Below, in pieces: positions 19,843 to 29,788 of a stretch of DNA of 56,840 bases (the first letter of the stretch is position 1; each line of letters opens with the position of its first letter). The translations under genes were made by a program, and so were the position numbers. Origin of the DNA: Candidatus Heimdallarchaeota archaeon (GTDB lineage: Archaea > Asgardarchaeota > Heimdallarchaeia > JABLTI01); contig DXJV01000030.1 in the NCBI GenBank assembly GCA_019056785.1, positions 1-56,840 on the forward strand, written 5' to 3'. A model generated the notes under the pieces. The model had not been told where the DNA came from. It ran no database searches and saw only the letters and a program-made list of their open reading frames with translations.

Positions 19843-21471
19843 TTAAGCCATTTTTTCATCCAAATGATCAGAGTCAATTAACGCCTGGCCTCTCTTAGCA
19901 AGATTACCCCACCCACCCCCACCAGGAGTTTCAATTACAATACTTTCTCCTGCTGCCAGAGTGATAGTTGTCTTCCCATCGATTGTAACTTCTTTTCCAG
20001 CGAGAGTGACCTTGTAATAACGACCCTTTAAACCAGGAAGGCCCCCTTCTAAACCCCACGGAGCAGTTTTCTGGCGCTCACCCAACACACTCACAATCAC
20101 AGGAACTTTTGCTTTAAATTTACGAACAATTCCCAAACCACCACGAAACTGCCCCTTTCCTCCACTATTTTCTCGGAGAGAATATTCTTCAACAATTAGG
20201 GGATATCGTACTTCTATTTCCTCAATTGGGGTATTCATTGTATTTGTCATATGAGTATGAATGCCATCCACTCCATCTTTTATCGGTCGACCTCCGGAGC
20301 CACCGCCAATAGTTTCATAAAAAGTAAAAGGTGAATTAGTTGATGTTAACCCACCAATAATTAGATTGTTCATTGTTCCTTGTGATGCTGCAGGAATTCT
20401 TTCTGGAACAATTTTTGCGAAAGCCCTTAGAAGCACATCGACTATGCGTTGCGAAGTTTCAACATTACCACCCACAACGGCTGCAGGGGGGCATGCATTT
20501 AAAAGCGACCCTTCAGGAGCAGTAACAGTCAGATGCCGATATAAACCGTCGTTTGCAGGGATAGTAGGGTCCGTTATTGCTCGAACTACAAAATATGCCG
20601 CTGAGAGAGTAACAGCAAAAGGACAATTAACAGCCCCAGCAACTTGTGCTGCTGTTCCTGTAAAGTCAAAATGGAAATGATTCTTACGCAAAGAGAGCTT
20701 GATCTTAAGAGGAATTTTTTTCGAGCGAATACCATCTCCATCCAAATAATCAATTGCTGAGCTGTTTTTTTGTGGAAAATTTTTAATTGCAGATAGAAAG
20801 CGCCGCTCTGAATAATCAAGGATTTCATCAATAGCTTGGAAAAATGTTTTAACGCCTTTGTTCTTGACAATTTCTACAAGCCGTTTTTCCCCCGTCCAGT
20901 TTGCAGAGAGTTGAGCCAGAAGGTCACCTTTCCGAATTTGTGGGGTTCTGGAGTTAGTCATAATTAATGCCATAATGTCTTTGTTGATAACGCCTTTTGA
21001 TACAAACTTTATCGGAGGGATTCTCAGTCCTTCCTGGAAAATGTCTGTTGCATTTCCAGCCATTGAACCGGGAGCAATGCCACCAATATCATTATGATGA
21101 GCCCGACTTACAGAAAAACCAACAAGCGTCTCCTGATAAAAAACAGGAGTTATAATGGTGATGTCTGGAAGATGAGTCCCACCAAGATAAGGATCGTTGA
21201 CAATAAAAGAGTCGCCGGCGAATATTTCCCCTTCAAAATGCTCCATCACTCTTTTCACTACTAGAGGCATTGCTCCAAGATGTACTGGGATATGTTCAGC
21301 TTGGGCGATCATGCGACCCGTTCCATCAAAGAGTGAACAGCTGTGGTCCATACGCTCTTTAATGTTAGCACTATATGCTGCATTACGAAGTATAATGCCC
21401 ATTTCTTCGGCAATGTATTCTAACCCACCACGAATGACTTCGCGCGTAATCAAATCAATTTTCGCAACCAT
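19843..21471 (-). CDS. hydantoinase B / 5-oxoprolinase subunit
   Basis: SANIKERMDHSC, HIPVHLG, NDPYLGGTHLPD, ETPGGGGWG; TAATG coupling to subunit A. Confidence 0.95.
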   Translation of the reverse strand: MVAKIDLITREVIRGGLEYIAEEMGIILRNAAYSANIKERMDHSCSLFDGTGRMIAQAEHIPVHLGAMPLVVKRVMEHFEGEIFAGDSFIVNDPYLGGTHLPDITIITPVFYQETLVGFSVSRAHHNDIGGIAPGSMAGNATDIFQEGLRIPPIKFVSKGVINKDIMALIMTNSRTPQIRKGDLLAQLSANWTGEKRLVEIVKNKGVKTFFQAIDEILDYSERRFLSAIKNFPQKNSSAIDYLDGDGIRSKKIPLKIKLSLRKNHFHFDFTGTAAQVAGAVNCPFAVTLSAAYFVVRAITDPTIPANDGLYRHLTVTAPEGSLLNACPPAAVVGGNVETSQRIVDVLLRAFAKIVPERIPAASQGTMNNLIIGGLTSTNSPFTFYETIGGGSGGRPIKDGVDGIHTHMTNTMNTPIEEIEVRYPLIVEEYSLRENSGGKGQFRGGLGIVRKFKAKVPVIVSVLGERQKTAPWGLEGGLPGLKGRYYKVTLAGKEVTIDGKTTITLAAGESIVIETPGGGGWGNLAKRGQALIDSDHLDEKMA

Positions 21472-23597
21472 TATTTCCACTCTCTTGTTAACTTAAGAAT
21501 TCCTTGTTTTTCAACCTCAACATGCCAAGATGGCTCGATGATCGTTGTCGAATCATATTGTTCTATAACAGCCGGACCGGTAAAACGGTTTCCAGCTAGC
21601 AACTTAGTCCTCAAATAAACCGGTGTTTCAACGAATCCCCCGTCTGCTTCAAAATACACTCGCCGTGTTTCAAGAAGCGCTTCTGATGGAGGTGTTTTTG
21701 TCCCAACAGCGATTTTCTTTAATGTTGGCTTTTGGATTATTCCGAGGCTATTAGAACGGATGTTGACAATTTCTACCGGCTCATTCTCAAGGATATAATG
21801 ATAAAGGCTTTTATGTTTTGTATTAAAGAGAGCAGTTATTCTTTCAATCGCCTTCGGATCAGCCAATGAGAGTGATGTTATCGGTATTTGCAACTCAAAA
21901 CCTTGCCCTTGATAGCGGGCTTCGATAAATCGTTGATGAATAATTGTTTCCTCGGTAAAGCCTTCAGCTTTAAGGAGTGCTGCCCCTTTTTCTTCAAGTG
22001 AAAGGAAAGCTTCTTCTAACAAGGCTCTATCTACATCCGTGTTTTTTAAGCGGATGGACTTTACAAACGAATGTTTGGCATCAGTATACAAGAGTCCCAT
22101 CGCTGAAAACAGTCCTGGAGTAGAGGGAATAAAAATAGTCTTAATCTGCAGAGCTGAAGCTAAGGCACAAGCATGAAGTGGCCCTGCCCCACCAAAGGCA
22201 AGCAATGAGAAATCACGTGGGTCAAGTCCACGTTCAACAGTAACAATGCGTAAAATTTTGCTCATATTATTATTAGCTATTTTGATGATGCCAAAAGCAC
22301 TCTCTGTGACTCCTAAACCTAAAGGTTTGCATATTTTTTCGACGAGGGATTTTTCAGCCAAACCCGGATAGATCTTAAATGTTTGATTCAACAATCCTTT
22401 GGGATTTAAACGTCCCAATAAGAGATTAGCATCCGTTATCGTTGGTTCCTCTCCCCCTTGCCCATAACAAACCGGTCCTGGTTCAGAACCCGCACTGATT
22501 GGCCCCACTTGTAAAGCACCACCAGCATCTATCCAAGCAATGGAACCACCACCAGAGGAAATCTCAGCGAGATCTATAAATGGAAAGCGAACTGGGTAAC
22601 CACTTCCTTTTGTTATCCTTCCAGCGTGAACCTCACCACCCACTTCATACTCGCTCGTTAATGAAATGATTTTATTGACAATCGTGCCTGCTTTGGCTGT
22701 AGTCCCTCCCATGTCGAATGATAAGACGGCGTCTAGGTCCAAACTTTTCGCAAAATAACTTGCAGCTACAACACCAGCAGAAGGCCCACTTTCGATGATG
22801 CTCACAGGGATTCGTTGAACAACATCAGAACGCCCTACACCACCATTGCTTTGCATGATATAAAGAGGAACTTGAATCCCTAGTTGTGCAATGGCTTCCG
22901 ATAAAATTCGCAGGTACTTTGAGACAAAGGGCATTAACAGAGCATTAATAACTGTTGTACTTGTTCGTTCAAATTCACGATGTTCAGGTGAAACCTCAAA
23001 ACTAGCAGAAATAAAAAGTTGAGGGTTCTGCTCCTCTAAAAACTCTTTTATCTTTTTTTCGTGTACATTTGATTTGTAAGAATGTAAAAGCGTAATTGCA
23101 ACACTTTCGATCTTTTCATCACGAATTTTTTTTTCAATGACATGCAAATCAGACAACTTAAGAGGAGTAAGAATTTCTCCTGTTGAAGCAAGACGTTCGG
23201 ACACTTCAAAGCGGTAGCGTCTCGGGATGATTGGCTTCGGACGGTCAAAAAAAAGGTTATACAGCTCTGAGCGTCTTTGCCGACCAATTTCAAGAACATC
23301 ACGAAAACCCTTAGTAGTAATGAGAGCCGTTTTCGGAAGAGTTAAATGCATCTGCCCAAGGAAGGCATTAGTTGCTATGGTGGTGGCGTGATAGAGACGC
23401 TCAATGGTTTTGCGCCGGCTCGCTGGGAGTTCTCTTTCAAGGTATTGCAAGAAAGCCTTTTCCGGTGCTCTTGTTGTGGTTGCAACTTTGCTGATGTTAA
23501 TGATTTCACCAGTAGAAATATCTTGTATGAGAATGTCGGTAAATGTTCCACCAATATCGATTGCAACTGCCAAACGGTTCACAGTAATCATCTTCAC
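21471..23597 (-). CDS. hydantoinase A / 5-oxoprolinase subunit
   Basis: IDIGGTFTD, ESGPSAG, DMGGTT, SAGSEPGP.CYG, FGGAGPLH. Confidence 0.95.
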   Translation of the reverse strand: MKMITVNRLAVAIDIGGTFTDILIQDISTGEIINISKVATTTRAPEKAFLQYLERELPASRRKTIERLYHATTIATNAFLGQMHLTLPKTALITTKGFRDVLEIGRQRRSELYNLFFDRPKPIIPRRYRFEVSERLASTGEILTPLKLSDLHVIEKKIRDEKIESVAITLLHSYKSNVHEKKIKEFLEEQNPQLFISASFEVSPEHREFERTSTTVINALLMPFVSKYLRILSEAIAQLGIQVPLYIMQSNGGVGRSDVVQRIPVSIIESGPSAGVVAASYFAKSLDLDAVLSFDMGGTTAKAGTIVNKIISLTSEYEVGGEVHAGRITKGSGYPVRFPFIDLAEISSGGGSIAWIDAGGALQVGPISAGSEPGPVCYGQGGEEPTITDANLLLGRLNPKGLLNQTFKIYPGLAEKSLVEKICKPLGLGVTESAFGIIKIANNNMSKILRIVTVERGLDPRDFSLLAFGGAGPLHACALASALQIKTIFIPSTPGLFSAMGLLYTDAKHSFVKSIRLKNTDVDRALLEEAFLSLEEKGAALLKAEGFTEETIIHQRFIEARYQGQGFELQIPITSLSLADPKAIERITALFNTKHKSLYHYILENEPVEIVNIRSNSLGIIQKPTLKKIAVGTKTPPSEALLETRRVYFEADGGFVETPVYLRTKLLAGNRFTGPAVIEQYDSTTIIEPSWHVEVEKQGILKLTREWK

Positions 23598-23768
23598 ACT
23601 GCTGCTAAGTGAGGGAATAGATCAAAATCTTTCAACCACACTTATTCGAGCTTTAAATATTGTTTGTTTTTACTTAAAGTCTTTATAGCACAACAATTTT
23701 TTTTAAAAGTTTAGCTTAGTATAATCTTGGAAACCCTTATTTGTCTTTCCCAATTGTTGGTGAAATAA

Positions 23769-24656
23769 ATGAAAAAAGAAATATTAGAACTTATTAAAGC
23801 AAGAAAAGTTTTTTTCGATGGAGCGATGGGAACAGAATTATTGGACAGAGGACTTATTCTAGGTGATTCAGCAGAGCGCTTTTCAACCTATTTTGCTGAT
23901 ATAATCAAAGATATTCACAAAGCTTACTTCGATGTTGGAGTAGATGTAATTCATACCAATACTTATGGCGCAACAAAAATTAGCCTAGGAAAAAAGATGG
24001 AAGGAAAAATCGCTCTCGTCAATCTTCGACAAGTAGAACTCGCCCGAGAAGTGTGCCCTAAAAATGGCTACGTGGCTGGAAATATCGGACCAAATGCAGC
24101 TTTGCTTGAGAGAGATGGTGGCGAATATACATTGCAAATGTTTCAAGAAGCGTTCGAGGAACAAATAGATGCTCTCATTAAAGGAGGTGTCGACCTTTTT
24201 AGTATTGAAACAATGTACTATCTCGATGAAGCCAAGCTTGCTGTAAAATTGATCAAAGAAAAATGCAACTTATCTGTAGCAGTATCAATGACTTTTGACA
24301 AAGGAGTGGAAGGTTATCGAACACCGGTGGACAATAAAACTGTGCAAGAATGTATCCCTGAACTCGAGAAGGCAGGAGCAGATATTGTTGGTTGTGGTTG
24401 TACACTTGGAAGCTACGAAATGATTAATCTAGCCAAGGAAATCAAAAAAATTGCTACTAAGCCAGTATTGGTACAACCAACCGCTGGAGCACCGTTAAAC
24501 ATAGGTGGAAAGAACCTCTATCCTATTACCCCTGAACGCTTTGCCCGGGATATGCTGGAAATGCACAACCTCGGTGTTGAGGCTTTAGGGGGTTGTTGCG
24601 GAACCACTCCGAAACACATTGAAAAAATGATAACCACTATTAAAGCGAAAAAGTAA
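23769..24656 (+). CDS. homocysteine S-methyltransferase family protein (stand-alone MetH N-terminal-like domain)
   Basis: FDGAMGT, TNTYGA, IETM, GCGC and the GGCCGTTP Zn-binding motif. Confidence 0.92.
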   Translation: MKKEILELIKARKVFFDGAMGTELLDRGLILGDSAERFSTYFADIIKDIHKAYFDVGVDVIHTNTYGATKISLGKKMEGKIALVNLRQVELAREVCPKNGYVAGNIGPNAALLERDGGEYTLQMFQEAFEEQIDALIKGGVDLFSIETMYYLDEAKLAVKLIKEKCNLSVAVSMTFDKGVEGYRTPVDNKTVQECIPELEKAGADIVGCGCTLGSYEMINLAKEIKKIATKPVLVQPTAGAPLNIGGKNLYPITPERFARDMLEMHNLGVEALGGCCGTTPKHIEKMITTIKAKK

Positions 24657-24833
24657 AGTATGAATTTTTATGGGACTTTTTTTCATCCCATCTTTTTTCT
24701 GATTTTTTTTTCAGAGTGGAAAATTTCAACAACTCTTTATTCTGAATGAAATGATGCATTCTTCTTGATATTATAAGGCATAATAGTTAATAATTCTGTG
24801 AACTTAAAGTACTTAAAACTACGAGGTAATAGT

Positions 24834-25604
24834 ATGACATACGATAAATCATTAATAGATGAGCTTGGTAAACATCATTATGCGAGATGTATCTGTAAAG
24901 AAGATTTTGATGTTTCAACCGTTTTTATCGGTTTTCCAGGTATGGGGCTAGCTGGAGCCATTGCTGTCCAGCATATGGTTGAAAAATTGGAATTAGAAAC
25001 AATTGGTTTTGTTGAAGGGATAGTTATTCCTCCAATTGCAGTGTTCTTAGATGGCTTTTTACGGCATCCCTATCGCATCATGGGAAAAAAGGGCCTTGAT
25101 GTTGCCTTTTTCATAGGCGAAAGTGCTGTGAATGCAGATGGCGCCTATCATATCGCCGAAGCAATTATGAATTGGGCAGAAAAACACGGAGCAAAAGAGA
25201 TCATTATTCTTGATGGGTTTGCTTATCTGAACAAAGATGATGAAGGAGAAGTCTATCTTGTTGCGGAACCTGAAATTAAAGAGAAGGTTCAGAAATTGGG
25301 TATTCCCCCTCTAAAAAGTGGCTATATAAAAGGCTTCCCTGGCGTCATGCTAAATAAATCTATGACAAGTGCCATTGATGGGTTCGCTTTTCTTGTTGGA
25401 ACACGCCCGGATCTTCCCGATCCTGGAGGGGCCGCAGCTTTAATACAAAAAGTAAATTCCTATAAAAAACTGAATGTCAATGTTGATACCCTAATTGAGC
25501 AATCGGAATCTATCAAGAAAAAACTCCAAGAACTCGCCGCTCAGACACAAGAGCTTTCTGCACCAACTCGGGACCTCTCGCGAAAAAGAACATTCTACAC
25601 CTAA
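24834..25604 (+). CDS. PAC2-family proteasome assembly chaperone
   Basis: GFPGMGLAGAIA, PDPGGAAALI, C-terminal coiled coil and aromatic tail (TFYT); GAGGT SD before ATG 24834. Confidence 0.9.
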   Translation: MTYDKSLIDELGKHHYARCICKEDFDVSTVFIGFPGMGLAGAIAVQHMVEKLELETIGFVEGIVIPPIAVFLDGFLRHPYRIMGKKGLDVAFFIGESAVNADGAYHIAEAIMNWAEKHGAKEIIILDGFAYLNKDDEGEVYLVAEPEIKEKVQKLGIPPLKSGYIKGFPGVMLNKSMTSAIDGFAFLVGTRPDLPDPGGAAALIQKVNSYKKLNVNVDTLIEQSESIKKKLQELAAQTQELSAPTRDLSRKRTFYT

Positions 25605-25705
25605 CCTTTTTCTCCCCTTTTTTTATTTTGCTGTAGGGCTTTTCTGCATATCAAGCATAAGATAATTTAAGTATAAAAAGGAGAATACATGTTGGAAGTG
25701 AAATA

Positions 25706-26302
25706 ATGTCAGTGGAGATTCTTTCCTTTTGTATGGAAGCGTTGCGCCTAAAACGAATGCTTCGGAATGGGTGGGTTTTTTCCGGTGTTGCAGCTGCTGA
25801 AGTTGAAAGCGTAGCGGATCACAGTTATATGGTTTCTTTACTTGCAATGTTAATAGCCCTTCATGAACAAGAGAAAGAAAAGAAAATTGACCTTGAGAAA
25901 GTTCTCATAATGGCTTTAATTCACGACCTTTCTGAGAGCGTTTCTCAAGACATTGACCGCCGTATAGCAAAGTTTGCTCCAGAGGAATTTACTGCGTTTA
26001 AGAAAAAATTAGATAAGCAAGCATTAGCTTTTCTGCTCGAAAAATTATCACCAGGAATGCAAACAAAACTTTCAGCAATTTTTGAAGACTATCAACAACA
26101 GCAAAGTCCAGAAGCACGCATTGTTTCCGAAGCAGACCGCTTAGAAACAATTTTCCAATTAAAAGAATATATAATGCTTGGAAAGCAAAGGGAGAATTTT
26201 AGTGAATTTTACGCTAATTTTAAAGAAGAAAAAGAAAAATTTCAAAATCCACTCGTTAAAGAACTTGCGCGGTTATTATTACAAGAGGAGACAGAAAAGT
26301 AA
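25706..26302 (+). CDS. HD-domain 5'-deoxynucleotidase (YfbR/HDDC2-like)
   Basis: LKR..RNGW, ESVADHS, ALIHDLSE, ADRLE. Confidence 0.92.
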   Translation: MSVEILSFCMEALRLKRMLRNGWVFSGVAAAEVESVADHSYMVSLLAMLIALHEQEKEKKIDLEKVLIMALIHDLSESVSQDIDRRIAKFAPEEFTAFKKKLDKQALAFLLEKLSPGMQTKLSAIFEDYQQQQSPEARIVSEADRLETIFQLKEYIMLGKQRENFSEFYANFKEEKEKFQNPLVKELARLLLQEETEK

Positions 26303-27054
26303 TGGTAGATGATTCATACAATAATAGTCGCTATGCGCGCCTAATACCTTTATCTAATGTTGGGAAAGAAGGACTGAAAAGAATCCGAAAAGCACGAGTA
26401 GTTGTTGTTGGTTGCGGAGGGTTGGGTTCTGTGACTGCTGTCCAGCTTACATCTCTTGGCGTTGGCTTTCTCCGAATTGTCGATGGTGATGTTGTTGAGA
26501 TATCCAATCTACAACGACAAACTCTCTATCGCGAGGAAGATATTGGAAAACCCAAAGCAGATGTTGCTGAAGCATTCTTGAAAAAATTGAACCCAGACAT
26601 TCAAATTGAGAAGGTTGGGGAGTATCTTTCTGAAGAAAATATCGAGAAGATCACTTCTGAAGTGGATTTCATTATAGATGCGGTTGATAATTTCAAGACG
26701 CGCTATTTACTTAATCGTATTGCCATAGAAAAAGACATTCCCTTTATCTTTGGCTCGGTGAGTGCCTATAGTGGAAATGTAATGACAATACAACGAGGGA
26801 GCGTTTGTTTAGAATGTCTTTTTGGTCAGGATTTTGATGAAATCCTTACAGATACCACTTGCACAGGTGTTCATCCTGCGATTATCAACATTATTGGGAG
26901 TATTCAGATCTCTGAAGCAACGAAAATAATGTTGGGAGAAACCCCATCTCTTCTTAATAAATTGCAATTTTGCGACATCCGAACAATGGATTTCGAAGCA
27001 TTGTCTTTAAAACCGAATCACAGTTGCTTCTGTAGAAAATATGTGAAGAAATGA
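26302..27054 (+). CDS. ThiF/MoeB/UbaA-family E1-like adenylyltransferase
   Basis: VVGCGGLGS, DVVEISNLQRQ, DNFKTR, Zn ligands CLEC..CFC, candidate catalytic Cys in TTCTGV; TAATG-coupled to the HD gene. Confidence 0.93.
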   Translation: MVDDSYNNSRYARLIPLSNVGKEGLKRIRKARVVVVGCGGLGSVTAVQLTSLGVGFLRIVDGDVVEISNLQRQTLYREEDIGKPKADVAEAFLKKLNPDIQIEKVGEYLSEENIEKITSEVDFIIDAVDNFKTRYLLNRIAIEKDIPFIFGSVSAYSGNVMTIQRGSVCLECLFGQDFDEILTDTTCTGVHPAIINIIGSIQISEATKIMLGETPSLLNKLQFCDIRTMDFEALSLKPNHSCFCRKYVKK

Positions 27055-27097
27055 AAGGGGGAGAGGGAACTATTTCCCTCAAAAATCAAGGCTAAGA

Positions 27098-27316
27098 TTA
27101 AAAAAGCACACTCATTCTCGTGAGGAAGAGGAAAATAGCTGCGCCAAGAAAAATCGAGGTAGCAATTGCGCGGGCAATGGACCCCCGAAACGTTCTGTCA
27201 GGATCAGCTTCTTGATAAAGTATTAACCAAACCAATGCTAAAAGGCCAAGAATAAGAAAGATAATCCCAAATGCGAGTAATCCTTTAGGACCGAGGAACG
27301 CCTTGAAATTTTCCAT
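27098..27316 (-). CDS. small two-TM membrane protein
   Basis: 72-aa ORF with two hydrophobic helices, AGGTG SD, co-oriented downstream of 27410..29656. Confidence 0.75.
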   Translation of the reverse strand: MENFKAFLGPKGLLAFGIIFLILGLLALVWLILYQEADPDRTFRGSIARAIATSIFLGAAIFLFLTRMSVLF

Positions 27317-27409
27317 GAGTTTTACACCTACAGTTGGAAATTATTAGATAATATTAAAATCTTTCTAGAATGTTAAGAAAAAAAAGAAAGAGTTACTTGG
27401 GTATGTTTT

Positions 27410-29656
27410 TTACTTTAAAGTAAACTTCCGTCGAGTAGTTTTCTTGTTAGGTTTAAATCCAAATGCTAAGCCAATGGTAAGTGAAATGAAAAGAATAAAT
27501 AAGCCAAGCTCAACTCCCAAAAAGGCATTCGCAAGTCCGGCGTTGCCAACCTTTGTTGCGATGATAGTATTAAGATTTAACACATATGCAAGAACACCGA
27601 AAATGCCTGTGAAAAGGCCAAGAATGCCAAAGAAAGTCATCCAGAAAGGACTAATTACCTTTGAAATGATATTAAGATTGATGAGGTTTTTCTTACCAGC
27701 CCACAAACCTATTTTTCCTGAGATTTTTCCTCGTTTAACCAGCGGGGTGACATTAAATTCTATTTTAGTGTCTGTTTTTCCATCAAACTCCAACAACTCT
27801 TCATTTGGAGTGACATAACAACCAGGGAGACGTGGCGCAAGACGCAATTCGAGAGATGAGAGCTCCTCTATAGTCCGTTTTGGCAACGTAATTATTAAGG
27901 GGTAAATCTTCTGAGGGTACATCCGTTCATAATAATCAATTGAAATTGTTATTTGTGGTGGCTGTGACACTGTCTGTTCTTCTTCAATAATAGCTGCTTG
28001 AAGTGTTTTCAGCTCTTCTTGTTTTTGTTGTAGCCGTTCATCCAAACTTAACACTTCAGAAGGAGCAGGTGGAGGAGTTGTGACAACAGGCTGCTCAGCA
28101 ATTGCCTGAACCTCTTCAGCAGGAGCTTCTACCTCCTGCCTTTCTATGGGAGCAATTTCTTCTTCCAAAGGCTCTTCTTGGAGAGAAGTTTCTAAAACAG
28201 GTTGTAAACTTAGCTTTTCTTCTCGTTCTGCCGTTTCTTCTACTGGTTCCTTTGCTTCTTCTTCTTCCTCCTGGATATAAGGAATGGTATAAGAAGCTTC
28301 TTCAGGTGCGGAAGCTTCTTGAACAAACTCTTCTTGAGTCTCGAGTTCTTTCAGAGGTATTATCCTTTCAGTTTCATCAACCTCAGGTAAATCGTATGAA
28401 GAGATCATTGCTTCTTCAGTTTCTTTCTCAATAGTGGAAAGTTTGCCTTCTAGTTGTTTCATTTCGTCTTCAAAAGTTAAAACTTCTTGAGTTTCTGCCG
28501 CTTCAGCAAACTCTTCTGCTGGTTCTTCTACTTCAGGGGGTTGCTCAGCTTCGAATGGTTCTAAAGGCCCTTTCCGGAGTTCGCTTTCCTCCTCTTCTTC
28601 AGCCATAATCCCTCTAAATACTTCTGCTATTGTTGTTTTATCAACAACTCGCGGTTCAATGGGTTTTTCTGTCAGTTCTTCTAAAGGTGGAATGGATTCA
28701 TATTCCTCTTCTGATTTTCCTTCTTCAAAAAGATCTGTTTTTTTCACTTCATCTTCAATTGATATTTCATCCATTAACTGTTCAATATCCTCAGTGGGCT
28801 TTTCTTCAATAGTACTGCTAACCTCACTTTCACTCGTTGAGATCGTTTCTTTTTCCCAAGGATATTTAGCTTTTATGTCCTCAGTTGGCGCGATGGCTTT
28901 TGTAAGAAATTCTTCGGAACCCTCCACTTGTGCTTCTGTACTCAAAACTTCCTCCTTTCGAGGTTCCTCTTCTAAACGGTCTATATAATTTTGAGTTATT
29001 TGATCCACTTCCGACTCCTCTAAGGGAGAAGCATCAATGAGTTCTTTTGCAACCTCGATTATATCCGAGCCATCTAATTTTGGCGGATAAACCATTTCAT
29101 CCTTCAATGGGCTTTCCGATTTAACTGCTTCTTCGACTGGTTTGGAGCGAACAGGTTCAACATATACATCACCACTTTCACGGCTGACAATCTTATAGTA
29201 GTTTCCCCAAGAATTCAGAACAAAAGCAGTTGGAAGGTTAAAAACTTCATAGTCCATTACTTGCCCGTCTTGCCGCTCAATGCCTACCTCTCGCGTCTTT
29301 AATTCAAGGCTTTTACAAGCAGTTCGATAAGTGGCTGCAAAAGGAATAGATTCCGGAACTTCCAAGTCAACGATGTAATTACCATAATTAAATGTGACAA
29401 AACTCGCTTCGCCAGCATAAAATTCTGTGCCATATTTTTGGACTAAATAATCTACAGCAGAATAATGGTTTTCAAGGATAATAACTTCCCCTTGTAAATT
29501 GATAATTGCCACAACTTTTGGTTGGACCTTCAAAGTTGTTTCAAGTTCATCTAATAGCTGGATTAACAATGTTCCGCGTGGGACCTTAAAGGTAAAGTCG
29601 ATAACCTCGGAATCTATTAATACTTTAAAATTGATTGTATGATTATATCCGCTCAC
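27410..29656 (-). CDS. membrane-anchored protein: two tandem UFM1-like beta-grasp domains, acidic linker, coiled coil, Ig-like domain, 2 TM
   Basis: Domain 2 LEVPESIPFAA..VGIERQDG..VLNSWG..KIVSRE and domain 1 INFKV..KVP..KVQPKVVAIINLQG..QKYGTEF resemble UFM1. Long E/P-rich linker; C-terminal TM hairpin. Confidence 0.7.
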   Translation of the reverse strand: MSGYNHTINFKVLIDSEVIDFTFKVPRGTLLIQLLDELETTLKVQPKVVAIINLQGEVIILENHYSAVDYLVQKYGTEFYAGEASFVTFNYGNYIVDLEVPESIPFAATYRTACKSLELKTREVGIERQDGQVMDYEVFNLPTAFVLNSWGNYYKIVSRESGDVYVEPVRSKPVEEAVKSESPLKDEMVYPPKLDGSDIIEVAKELIDASPLEESEVDQITQNYIDRLEEEPRKEEVLSTEAQVEGSEEFLTKAIAPTEDIKAKYPWEKETISTSESEVSSTIEEKPTEDIEQLMDEISIEDEVKKTDLFEEGKSEEEYESIPPLEELTEKPIEPRVVDKTTIAEVFRGIMAEEEEESELRKGPLEPFEAEQPPEVEEPAEEFAEAAETQEVLTFEDEMKQLEGKLSTIEKETEEAMISSYDLPEVDETERIIPLKELETQEEFVQEASAPEEASYTIPYIQEEEEEAKEPVEETAEREEKLSLQPVLETSLQEEPLEEEIAPIERQEVEAPAEEVQAIAEQPVVTTPPPAPSEVLSLDERLQQKQEELKTLQAAIIEEEQTVSQPPQITISIDYYERMYPQKIYPLIITLPKRTIEELSSLELRLAPRLPGCYVTPNEELLEFDGKTDTKIEFNVTPLVKRGKISGKIGLWAGKKNLINLNIISKVISPFWMTFFGILGLFTGIFGVLAYVLNLNTIIATKVGNAGLANAFLGVELGLFILFISLTIGLAFGFKPNKKTTRRKFTLK

Positions 29657-29788
29657 ATCAAACCCTCGAGGTTCTTTATATTAATAATAACATTTCATAT
29701 GTTAGAATCTTTCGCAATAGAATACTTTAATTAACTATAGATATTTTAATTTTTTAGTTAAGATTAGCAGAAGAGGTTTACATTGCTC

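Noticed and set aside
26302-27054. Naming the E1 as UBA5
   Set aside because: The core motif SNLQRQ is generic ThiF/MoeB; UBA5-like hints are too weak without a phylogeny.
28050-29170. TTC-rich stretch as a tandem repeat or CRISPR array
   Set aside because: It is the Glu-rich low-complexity linker coding sequence; no fixed repeat-spacer periodicity.
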